DNA of 63,133 nt, the filler included, from Methanobacteriota archaeon (GTDB lineage: Archaea; JACRDV01): NCBI GenBank assembly GCA_024860865.1. It is 6 parts of 6 records of this genome, joined end to end, with 100 filler letters (N's around TTAATTAATTAA, not from the genome) between each part and the next. Parts side by side here need not be neighbours in the genome. Positions count along the whole stretch, not along the records: positions 34,340 to 56,073 come from JACRDV010000090.1; positions 56,174 to 63,133 come from JACRDV010000099.1; 4 more parts are not named here. The stretch is one strand, 5' to 3'. The translations under genes were made by a program, and so were the position numbers. Below, one piece after another: positions 50,022 through 58,487 of the stretch (positions within the stretch are counted from its first letter, which is position 1; each line of letters starts with the position of its first letter). A model generated the notes under the pieces. The model saw nothing but the letters and a program-made list of their open reading frames with translations. It was not told the DNA's origin and did no database searches.

Positions 50022-51530
50022 ATGAAAAATTCTGTTGAAGCCAAAGTTCCTCCGGCTCCTCAACCTTCAGCCGAAGTAAAAATTTTAGAGAGTTATGACC
50101 ATGTTAAAATACTGCAAACTAAGGAGGATCTATCTCTAGTTTATGAAATTCCACTCCCACTGCTTTCGCCTGAAGAGATGAACCTGCTTAAAAAAATAAA
50201 GGATATTGCTATTACAAATATTGAGATTGATCCTTATTCAATTCCTGACATTCAAAAAAGAAAAGCTGTATTTTTAGAGAAAGTAAAAGAAATTATTGAA
50301 GCTCATGCACCAGAACTCCTTAAGGATAGGCAAGAATTAATTGCTGGAATAGCAGTCCGTGACATGGTTGGATATGGGCCCCTTGATTTGCTTCTAGCAG
50401 ACGATAACCTTGAGGATATTTTAGTTATAGGAACTAATAAACCAGTTTATGTCGTTCATAGAAAATTCGGCAAGTGTAAAACTAGAATTATTTTTAATAG
50501 CGACAGCGAGGTAAGAGAGATAATTGATCGAATTGCTCGGTCAATAGGTAGGACAGTTGATCCGCTATCTCCTCTCCTAGATGCCCGTTTACCGGACGGT
50601 TCGAGAGTTAATGCCACAATGCCTCCAATTTCACTTGGAGGTCCGACCATATCTATCAGAAAATTTAGAGAAGACCCCCTTACGATTACTGATTTAATAA
50701 GATTTAACACATTGACTTCTGAAGTAGCTGCACTTCTATGGGTCTGCGTTGAAGGATTAAAGGTCAAACCAGCAAACATTATATGTGCAGGCGGTTCTAC
50801 TTGTGGAAAAACCACGACAGTGAATTGCCTTGCTGCATTTGTTCCTGAGCCAGAGCGAATAGTTACTATTGAAGATACAGCTGAGCTAAAACTTCCACTC
50901 AGGCACTGGATTAGATTCGAAACAAGGCCGCCTAATATTGAAGGCAAAGGAGAAATTACAATGGATGATTTATTGAAGAATACGCTCAGAATGAGACCAG
51001 ATAGAATTATTGTCGGTGAAGTGCGAGGAGGCGAGGCTAAAACACTTTTCGTGGCAATGAACACAGGCCACGATGGTTGCATGGGTACAATCCATGCAGA
51101 CTCAGCTTCAGAAGTAATTACTAGATTAACAAATCCTCCAATGAATGTTCCTGAAATAATGATTCCTGCCTTAGATTTGATTGTAATGCAACAGAAGTTT
51201 CAATATTCTGATGGCAGCACTTTCCGGCCAATCACAGAAATAGCCGAGATAGCAGGCATGGAGGGGGGGCTCACTCAATTGAATAGAATCTACAGGTGGA
51301 GTCCAAGAACTAATTTGCTCCAGGCAACTGGGGTTCTTTCTGGCTTTAAAATTGAGTTAGCTAACTTTAAAGGATGGTCTACTGAGCAAGTAGATGAGGA
51401 AATTCAAAAGCGAAAAGTAGTTTTAGAATGGATTATAAAGAAAAAAATCAGAAAAGTTACTGAAGTTGGTAGGATAATTCAGGCTTACTATCAAGATCCA
51501 AGTTCAATTTATTCAAAAGCTTCGAAATAA
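50022..51530 (+). CDS. Type IV pilus/VirB11-like (TadA/CpaF) ATPase, intein-free paralog
   Basis: GGSTCGKTT, TIEDTAEL, GEVRG, MNTGHDG. Confidence 0.93.
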   Translation: MKNSVEAKVPPAPQPSAEVKILESYDHVKILQTKEDLSLVYEIPLPLLSPEEMNLLKKIKDIAITNIEIDPYSIPDIQKRKAVFLEKVKEIIEAHAPELLKDRQELIAGIAVRDMVGYGPLDLLLADDNLEDILVIGTNKPVYVVHRKFGKCKTRIIFNSDSEVREIIDRIARSIGRTVDPLSPLLDARLPDGSRVNATMPPISLGGPTISIRKFREDPLTITDLIRFNTLTSEVAALLWVCVEGLKVKPANIICAGGSTCGKTTTVNCLAAFVPEPERIVTIEDTAELKLPLRHWIRFETRPPNIEGKGEITMDDLLKNTLRMRPDRIIVGEVRGGEAKTLFVAMNTGHDGCMGTIHADSASEVITRLTNPPMNVPEIMIPALDLIVMQQKFQYSDGSTFRPITEIAEIAGMEGGLTQLNRIYRWSPRTNLLQATGVLSGFKIELANFKGWSTEQVDEEIQKRKVVLEWIIKKKIRKVTEVGRIIQAYYQDPSSIYSKASK

Positions 51531-51544
51531 AAGATCGTGAGACC

Positions 51545-52645
51545 ATGGAAAATGAAGAAGAAGGGGCTGTTGCAAAAACCTTAAGGAAAATTGGAGATAC
51601 AGTTATAACTGGTCTTGAAAAAACTGGTAGAGTAACTAGTGAAATAGTAATTCGAAAGCCAACAAAAGAAGAAATCACCGCTTCAGAGAGAGTCCATGAG
51701 AAAGAGGAGAAAAAGAAAACCGCACGAATGAAAAGAATCAGAGAAATCGAACGCCGCCATGTGGTTACACCTGAAGAAGAATTCGAAAGAATTGAGCTTG
51801 AAAGGCCTTTAACTGAGCGACTTAGCGGCGTGTTTTATCGGCCATTTAGGTCATCAGCTGAGAGATTCTCTAGATTTTTCACAGGGTTGGATGAGGACCT
51901 TTATAAGGCGAATATGCGAATTCCCATGATTCAATACATTGCCTTTATAATGGGAGTTGGTATTTTAGCGGGAATTGGTGTAGGTATTGCTGTTGCAATA
52001 TTTATGACGCCAATTTTTGCACTACCAGTTGGTGCAATGGCAGGAGTGATTGCTCTTTTTTTTGGTAGAAGTTATCCCAAACAGGTTGCAAAAGCTAGAT
52101 CAGCTGAAATTAATAAACAAATTCCATATGCACTGCGACACATGGCAACTCAATTAAGCGCAGGGATTGGATTATTTGAAACGATGGTGACCGTTGCAAA
52201 GTCAAACTATGGAGCCTTCTCTGAAGAATTTGAAAGAGCTATCGCTGATGTTGAAAGAGGCCTTAGTACTGAAGAAGCATTTAAAAGATTGGAAGAAAGA
52301 GTCGAATCAGATGCGCTTAGTCATACACTAAGAAACATCACAAGATCCTTGAGAACAGGTGGCGATTTAGCTAAGACTCTTTCTATGTTAGCTGATGAAG
52401 TTGCATTTGAACTTAGAATGAAGCTAAGGGATTATGCTCAAACGCTCAACACATATGGGTTAATTTACTTATTTATTGCTGCTGTTGGACCAGTCATGTT
52501 TATGGCCTTATACATTGCTATCTCAGCCATTACAAAAACATTAATGTTTCCGGTAGGGCTTCTTGCGATTATCTACCTGCTTGGAATGCCATTTATGATC
52601 GGTTTTTTCATGACTATGATTAAACGTGCCGAACCAAAGATTTAG
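51545..52645 (+). CDS. Type II secretion system F family (TadB/TadC-like) membrane protein
   Basis: PYALRHMATQLSAG, YG.FSEEF, TGGDL; TM segments. Confidence 0.9.
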   Translation: MENEEEGAVAKTLRKIGDTVITGLEKTGRVTSEIVIRKPTKEEITASERVHEKEEKKKTARMKRIREIERRHVVTPEEEFERIELERPLTERLSGVFYRPFRSSAERFSRFFTGLDEDLYKANMRIPMIQYIAFIMGVGILAGIGVGIAVAIFMTPIFALPVGAMAGVIALFFGRSYPKQVAKARSAEINKQIPYALRHMATQLSAGIGLFETMVTVAKSNYGAFSEEFERAIADVERGLSTEEAFKRLEERVESDALSHTLRNITRSLRTGGDLAKTLSMLADEVAFELRMKLRDYAQTLNTYGLIYLFIAAVGPVMFMALYIAISAITKTLMFPVGLLAIIYLLGMPFMIGFFMTMIKRAEPKI

Positions 52646-53574
52646 TGAGCAATATGCCAAAACTGCGAGCAACTAATCTGTTTGAAAAAATTGTTGGTTT
52701 TATTGAAAAATATTTTCCAGATAAATTCATCAGCAATATAGATTCAAAGCTCGAGCTAACAGGTATACCTTTATCAGCATCAGAGTACACGGCAATTATG
52801 TTAATAATTTTAATTATAGCCACACCCTTTGCATTATTTTTGAACATAATTGCGGGATTGATTGTACCAGTTGCAATAATCGGAGTGATGATATTCCTTG
52901 TGCCATCATTCATTCGTAGCAGGAGGATTACTGAAATTGAAAAATCTTTACCAGATGTTTTTCATGAAATGGCGCTTACGCTAAGAGCCGGAGTTGCAAT
53001 TGAAGGAGCAATGGATGATATAGCAACAGCAGACTATGGTCCCATCTCTGAGGAATATCGGAAAGCCTTGTTAGAGATAAGGCGAGGGCGTCCGATTGAA
53101 AAAGCCTTCATTGGACTTGAGAGACGTGTTGGCTCAGCTGAGTTAAAAAGGGCTGTCAGTATGTTAGTCAGCGGAATAAAAAGAGGGGCCTCACTCTCGG
53201 ATGTGCTAGAGGCGATTTCTATGGACATTCGAGAGACCAGGAGAATAGAGCGAGAGCGCGCAGCCACGACTATGATGCAGGCAATGTTTATTTTAGTTGC
53301 CTCAGCAGTTGCTGCTCCAGCAGCAATTGGAATTATCACTTCTATAACCAAGCTTTTTTCAGCTATAGGCGAAGTAGTATATCCTGTTAGTGAAATTTCA
53401 AAAATTTTACTTGTTTATTGCGGTATTCAAGGTTTTATGAGCGGTTTGTTAATTGGAGTAATCCGATATGGAAAGCCTCAAAGGGGCTTAGGATATGCTA
53501 TCCCTATAGCACTCGCTGCGATTGTTATCTATACGGGAGTTCGAATAGGTTTCACGAAATTTCTGGGGATTTAA
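52645..53574 (+). CDS. Type II secretion system F family (TadC-like) membrane protein
   Basis: LPDVF..MA..LRAG, YGPISEE, GASLSDVL; TM segments. Confidence 0.9.
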   Translation: MSNMPKLRATNLFEKIVGFIEKYFPDKFISNIDSKLELTGIPLSASEYTAIMLIILIIATPFALFLNIIAGLIVPVAIIGVMIFLVPSFIRSRRITEIEKSLPDVFHEMALTLRAGVAIEGAMDDIATADYGPISEEYRKALLEIRRGRPIEKAFIGLERRVGSAELKRAVSMLVSGIKRGASLSDVLEAISMDIRETRRIERERAATTMMQAMFILVASAVAAPAAIGIITSITKLFSAIGEVVYPVSEISKILLVYCGIQGFMSGLLIGVIRYGKPQRGLGYAIPIALAAIVIYTGVRIGFTKFLGI

Positions 53575-53763
53575 ATGGCGACTCTTTTTAACGAGGAAAG
53601 CGGACAAACTGCACTTGAAGTTTTGCTGATAACTGCCACGCTATTAGCATTAGTCAGTTTCTTAGCTGCCCTATCAGGCTCTTGGTTCAAGGATTTAAAA
53701 AATACCACATCAAATAAGATGAACTACTGGCGCAATGAAACAATTCGCAGATTAACTGGCTAA
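53575..53763 (+). CDS. Small pilin with class III signal peptide
   Basis: SG|QTALE followed by a hydrophobic helix. Confidence 0.75.
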   Translation: MATLFNEESGQTALEVLLITATLLALVSFLAALSGSWFKDLKNTTSNKMNYWRNETIRRLTG

Positions 53764-53840
53764 ATAATATTGTGCATAAGAACATCTTTTCTGATAACTT
53801 AAAATGGTTTATTAATTTTTTAAATTAGAGGAGAAACTTT

Positions 53841-54986
53841 GTGGAAATTGAACTAGTAGCAATTTTTCTCGCTTTGTTAGGGGTTAGTGTCGGTGCATAT
53901 ACTGATTTTAAAAAGGGAATAATTCCAAATACAGTAACCCTTCCGTTAATTGGATGTGGTATAACTTTACACTTAATTAAAGGATACTTACTTTTAAGTT
54001 GGCAGATTGCTGTTAGCGGAGTTATTGGTGCTGGAATCGCTTTTGCATTTGGCTACTTGTTTTGGCTTGCAGGCGGTTGGGGGGGCGGAGATGTTAAATT
54101 GATAACTGCACTTGGAGCATTACTTCCGGTCTATCCCAGTTCTCTTAAAAACATGTTTTTGCCGATAATTGCACCATATTCGTCTAATTATCCAGCATTC
54201 GCCATTACAATATTTTTAAACAGCATTTTTGGAATTTTTCCGCTAATTTTAGCTTATGTGGTTTATGTTTGTATTAAGCGACCAAATCTTTTAAAAGAAA
54301 TGATTCAACCCTTTAAAACATTTAGAAAATACGTTGAAGTGCCAATAGTTTTAATTGCAGCAGGAATGGTTGGAGCACTTGCTGGGAGATTTTTTAATTC
54401 AAACTTATTTTATATTATTGCTCTCTTTCTTTCTGTGGCACTTTTTTTGGTTCCATCATTGCTGAGATTGGTTATTTCTGCGCCAATAACTGCATATACT
54501 TTTTTTAAAGATCCACTTGGTATAGGGGTAATTTTTATTAGGATTCTTGCATTTGTGCTTGGGATAGCTCTTCTAATCAAAGGTTTGAGTGTGCTTAGAG
54601 AAAATGTTCTAAAAGTTGAGATCCCGATAACTGATCTAAAGGAAGGAGCAATTTCAGCCGAATGGATATATATGGAAGGGGAGTTGGTCAAAAAAGATGT
54701 TGGTTTTAGTTTGTCGGCTTTAAAACAAGCCATTGAGAAAAGGGATTTCATTGCAATTAAATCGCTTTTTCGGCCTAAAGTCTATGAAAAAATCTTGGCA
54801 AATCCAAGGGTTGCGGCTGGGTTAACAGCAGAAGAAATCGATGAACTTCAAAAATTAGTTAAATCTGGAAAACTAGAAAATAGGATTAAAATTAAGAAAG
54901 GGATTCCCTTTGGACCGAGTATATTGTTGGGTCTCTTAATTTCGATAATATTTGGGGATATCTTTTGGTGGCTAATAAGCCGTTAA
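53841..54986 (+). CDS. A24 prepilin peptidase (EppA-like, extra TM segments)
   Basis: YTD..KG.IPN, GGGDVKL, C-terminal IPFGP. Confidence 0.88.
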   Translation: MEIELVAIFLALLGVSVGAYTDFKKGIIPNTVTLPLIGCGITLHLIKGYLLLSWQIAVSGVIGAGIAFAFGYLFWLAGGWGGGDVKLITALGALLPVYPSSLKNMFLPIIAPYSSNYPAFAITIFLNSIFGIFPLILAYVVYVCIKRPNLLKEMIQPFKTFRKYVEVPIVLIAAGMVGALAGRFFNSNLFYIIALFLSVALFLVPSLLRLVISAPITAYTFFKDPLGIGVIFIRILAFVLGIALLIKGLSVLRENVLKVEIPITDLKEGAISAEWIYMEGELVKKDVGFSLSALKQAIEKRDFIAIKSLFRPKVYEKILANPRVAAGLTAEEIDELQKLVKSGKLENRIKIKKGIPFGPSILLGLLISIIFGDIFWWLISR

Positions 54987-55435
54987 AATCTCTTAGAACA
55001 GACGGTCAGATCAGTTTGGAGTTTTTGATTATTTTAGCCCTAGTTTTTGCGCTAATTGCAAGCATAAGTGCACCCCTGGCCCACCAAGCAAGACTTTATT
55101 CTGAAGATGTTTCTAAAGTTTCAGAAGTAAGAATGTCATTAGAAACAATAAGCACAGCAGTTGATCTTACAGGTGCAAATGGTATTGGTGCTCGGAGAGC
55201 TGTTCGAGTTCATTTTCCAGAGAATGTAACTGTTGTTTTACCATTTAACAGGACAAAAATTCTCTCTTTAAGAGTTACTCTTGGTGATGGTAATAAAACT
55301 ACTATAACAAAAAACACAAAGTATTACATTAGAGGGAAGTTAAATGTTTCAAAGGGTTGGCGCAACGTGAAAGCAGAATGTACCTTAAATAATACTGGTT
55401 ATCCTGTGGTGGAAATTACTTCAACCTCAGCATAA
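54965..55435 (+). CDS. Minor pilin with class III signal peptide
   Basis: DG|QISLEF (QxSxE) followed by a hydrophobic helix. Confidence 0.8.
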   Translation: MVANKPLKSLRTDGQISLEFLIILALVFALIASISAPLAHQARLYSEDVSKVSEVRMSLETISTAVDLTGANGIGARRAVRVHFPENVTVVLPFNRTKILSLRVTLGDGNKTTITKNTKYYIRGKLNVSKGWRNVKAECTLNNTGYPVVEITSTSA

Positions 55436-56073
55436 TACCCTTAATCTATACCCTTCCTTTACTAAAAAATCTGGATTTGGATAAATTGCTTCTCCCTTTT
55501 CGTTAAATATTGTAATAACTCTAACTTTTTCTTTTTTTTCAATTTCTTCAATAGATTTGTTAGTAAAATCTTTCTTAACTCTAACCAGTTTGATTTTTGG
55601 GTAGCCTTTCTGAACAAAACTTGGGGAAGTAATTTTTAATTCACCCGCTTCATACTTTTTCCATAAAATTTTGACAATACGCTCGGCTGCTTTACCATCT
55701 CCAAAAGGAGTTCTTAGTTGTTTAATGTTATCTAGGATTTTTGGTTCAATCATTTTATTTGCTAACTTTATTATTAAGTTAGGATTGTAGCCGGCCAGAC
55801 CATAAAAAGAATTTAATCCTTCTGGGCGCTCTGTGTTTTCTCGCAATATAACTCCTGGTACCTTAAAAACTGTAATTTCCTCTGCTAGGCCTCCAGAATC
55901 GCTGACCACTAGCTTGGCTTGGCTGAGCAATTTTAGAAAATCCAAATAGCCAAGGGGTTTAGTTAATTTTACGTGGTTTGCATTCTCTAATTGCTTCTTT
56001 AATCCAAATTTGTTTAAGCGCTCTTCAGTTCTAGGGTGGACTGGGAATACGATTAGAAATTTATTTAATGAAA
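55427..56073 (-). CDS. wecB: UDP-N-acetylglucosamine 2-epimerase, 5'-truncated, with C-terminal extension
   Basis: FPVHPRT, SDSGG..EE, RENTERPE, PFGDGKAAERI. Confidence 0.85.
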
Positions 56074-56173
56074 NNNNNNNNNNNNNNNNNNNNNNNNNNN
56101 NNNNNNNNNNNNNNNNNTTAATTAATTAANNNNNNNNNNNNNNNNNNNNNNNNNNNNNNNNNNNNNNNNNNNN
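56074..56173. other. Artificial contig linker
   Basis: N-run with TTAATTAATTAA. Confidence 0.99.
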
Positions 56174-56233
56174 TAATAAAATGTCCTCAATTCTCAGAGT
56201 CAGAGTCGAAAATATAAAATCTAAAAACAAAGT

Positions 56234-56295
56234 AACAGCAGATTTACTCTATCTGCTACTGTTTTAACAGTGAATATTTCATCAAGCTGAACCTT
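56234..56295 (+). repeat. Degenerate direct copy of 58462-58532 (3' end and downstream hairpin of the surface-protein gene)
   Basis: aacagcagatttactctatctgct and gttttaacagtgaatatttcatcaagctgaacctt occur at both places. Confidence 0.85.
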
Positions 56296-56479
56296 AGCTG
56301 CTAGATTTAACAGATTAAGATGGAAGAGTGCAAAAAGCACATACCACAAGGTGTGAACGCACGAGAAGTGTGAATGGATATAGAACAAAGAATTAACACA
56401 AGATGCTACAACAAAGGATTTGGAGAAAGCTTAGATGATACATAATGCTTAAATATTAATTACAACCCTTATTTTATTA

Positions 56480-56570
56480 GAGCTGTACCGTCTGTGGCAG
56501 CGTCCCTTGGGGACGTAACCTAGGATTGGGTTTGAAAGCTCTCCCATTCGCAAGAATGGGTTTTACCTTA
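56480..56570 (+). ncRNA. Candidate structured RNA or transposon-end remnant
   Basis: Hairpins cgtccc-ttg-gggacg and cccattc-GCAA-gaatggg; TATA-like CTTAAATA at 56448-56455. Confidence 0.35.
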
Positions 56571-56613
56571 TCTATATTTTCTTGAAATAGACCTTCTTTT
56601 CAATACCAGCTTT

Positions 56614-56703
56614 ATGATTTCGATCTTCTCCTTTGGATAGTCTTGGTTTTGAGCTTTCCAAGCATAATGGTAGAAATTTTTCAGAGTTGTATGTGGGGAT
56701 TAT
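56614..56703 (-). pseudogene. GT2 glycosyltransferase 5' relic, copy 1
   Basis: IIIPTYNSEKFLPLCLES; similar to 57624-57713. Confidence 0.65.
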
Positions 56704-56737
56704 GATGCTATTGATGGTAGAATTGAACTCATTGATA

Positions 56738-57238
56738 TCACTTTTCCAGTTCTTCGATTGCCTCTTCAATGATAGCCTTCGTTATGAAGAGCTTGCTAAT
56801 GCTATAGAGATCGTTCAATGCTTTCTTGGTCTCTTTTAGATTAATCAATCCTTCTCTGTAAGCTCTGGCAATTATTCCGGCAGAGCCATGAACCTTAAAT
56901 CCTAGGTTTTCACCAGCTTCTCTGGCATCCAAATCATCGGTTAAGAAAATCCTTTTTCTAAGTTTGTTGCATAGAGACAAAGCATGTAATTCGCCTTCAT
57001 CCAACCTAAAACTTCCAACTTTATCCCTTATTTTTTCTGTATCTTCATCAAGCACTTCAAGAATTTCGATGTTCTTAGCTTTTTTAAGTTCTGTTTCTCC
57101 AGGTTTGCCTTTGACACAAACTTCTTCGTATACCTTTCGAGGGATATAAATTTTAGAGAATGTAGTGAGTAGTTCAAATTTTTCAATCTGTGCTAAATGA
57201 ATTAAAGGTCCAGAATCTGAGATTGCCTCAAGACCCAT
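56738..57238 (-). CDS. PIN-domain protein (DUF3368-like VapC)
   Basis: ISDSGPLIHL, LDEGE, LTDDLDAR, HGSAG. Confidence 0.85.
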   Translation of the reverse strand: MGLEAISDSGPLIHLAQIEKFELLTTFSKIYIPRKVYEEVCVKGKPGETELKKAKNIEILEVLDEDTEKIRDKVGSFRLDEGELHALSLCNKLRKRIFLTDDLDAREAGENLGFKVHGSAGIIARAYREGLINLKETKKALNDLYSISKLFITKAIIEEAIEELEK

Positions 57239-57482
57239 GCAATCCCCACTTGATATCCTCCAAAACCGCCTTTTTCTGTTTTTCTGCTAGTTTTACTGGA
57301 TCCAGACCAATTAACTTGATAGCCTCTTCTCTCTTAATCTGACCCTTCAGATATTGATCAAGAATTGTTTCTTGCCTAATTTTATCAATGCCTATTTCCA
57401 CTGCTTTTGCTATGATGGTGGTTACTTTTTCTTTTCTAGTTTTAGCCAATATTTCTAACTCCTTTAGCAATCTATATTGCAT
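57228..57482 (-). CDS. Cognate antitoxin (RHH/UPF0175-like)
   Basis: Overlaps the PIN gene; YLKGQIKREEA. Confidence 0.65.
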   Translation of the reverse strand: MQYRLLKELEILAKTRKEKVTTIIAKAVEIGIDKIRQETILDQYLKGQIKREEAIKLIGLDPVKLAEKQKKAVLEDIKWGLHGS

Positions 57483-57499
57483 TGTTTTCCTCCTTTATT

Positions 57500-57725
57500 C
57501 GTATCTTTATATTGATCAATAAAGTAAACTTCTCCCTTCTTTAATAGATTAGAGAGGATTTTATCAACGTTGTACTGCTTGCCTATTTTAATTGTATTAT
57601 CAGTGGAGCCGCCATCTACGATCATGATTTCGATCTTTTCCTTTGAGTAGTACTGCTTTTTAATGCTTTCCAAGCATAACGGTAAAATTTCTCAGAGTTG
57701 TAAGTTGGGATTACAATGTTTATAG
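57500..57725 (-). pseudogene. GT2 glycosyltransferase 5' relic, copy 2
   Basis: IVIPTYNSE (frameshift) ...IVDGGSTDNT; truncated. Confidence 0.7.
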
Positions 57726-57766
57726 CGGGTGGATCTCTCATAATCTTTCTCCAATTGAATCATCAA

Positions 57767-58075
57767 CTAAATTTTGGGCAGATATTTGGTCTCCCTGCCT
57801 TTACCAGATGCTGTCAACAGCCCTTTCTCAACAAGCTGTGTTAATTCTTGAATTGCGGTTTCATGAGATACTTTGTTCAATTCTTTGTACACTTTATTTG
57901 TAATAAAACCATCTCTAAAAGCATATTGTAACGCTTTTCTTTGTCTTTCGTTCAACTCAACTCCAAGTTTTTCTATTTCACCTATCACTATTGCTTTTCC
58001 GCTTGATCGAAATATAATGTTTGTAATCTCGCTTATCTAAATTCTAGTTTAGGTTTAGGGATTCCCCATTCTTCG
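57767..58075 (-). pseudogene. C-terminal relic of a RecG-C/HATPase-wHTH-type regulator
   Basis: LNERQ..AL...GFITN..Y...SHETA..EL..LVEKGLL...GKGR; upstream part broken. Confidence 0.55.
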
Positions 58076-58487
58076 CATAATTCATTAATCAAATAAATTA
58101 GTTATCAGTGTTATTTATTTCTACTAATCTGCTGTACAATCGAAAATGCTCTTTAGAGTTATGTAGATGAAATAATTATTTCTGCAAGGATTCCTAAAGT
58201 AGAGTAATGTTCTCATTTGGTTGCAACAATTCTTTGATAAATCTTTGTACTTATTTTCATCGTAAATTATGTTTAAATGGATATCAAGTCAAGTTCTTAC
58301 TTCCGGGGTTCTTAAACTAACAAATAGCCGAGCAAGTTTCATTATTTACAAATTCATTAATTGATTTAACTTATGAATGGCTAAATTTCTTCGCGACTTC
58401 CCGTAAACTTTAAGAAGAATAACTGCAGTTCTATTGCAGAATTAATAAAATCAAAAAAAGCAACAGCAGATTTACTCTATCTGCTGC

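Noticed and set aside
50456-51082. 208-aa minus-strand ORF
   Set aside because: Antisense shadow of the pilus ATPase
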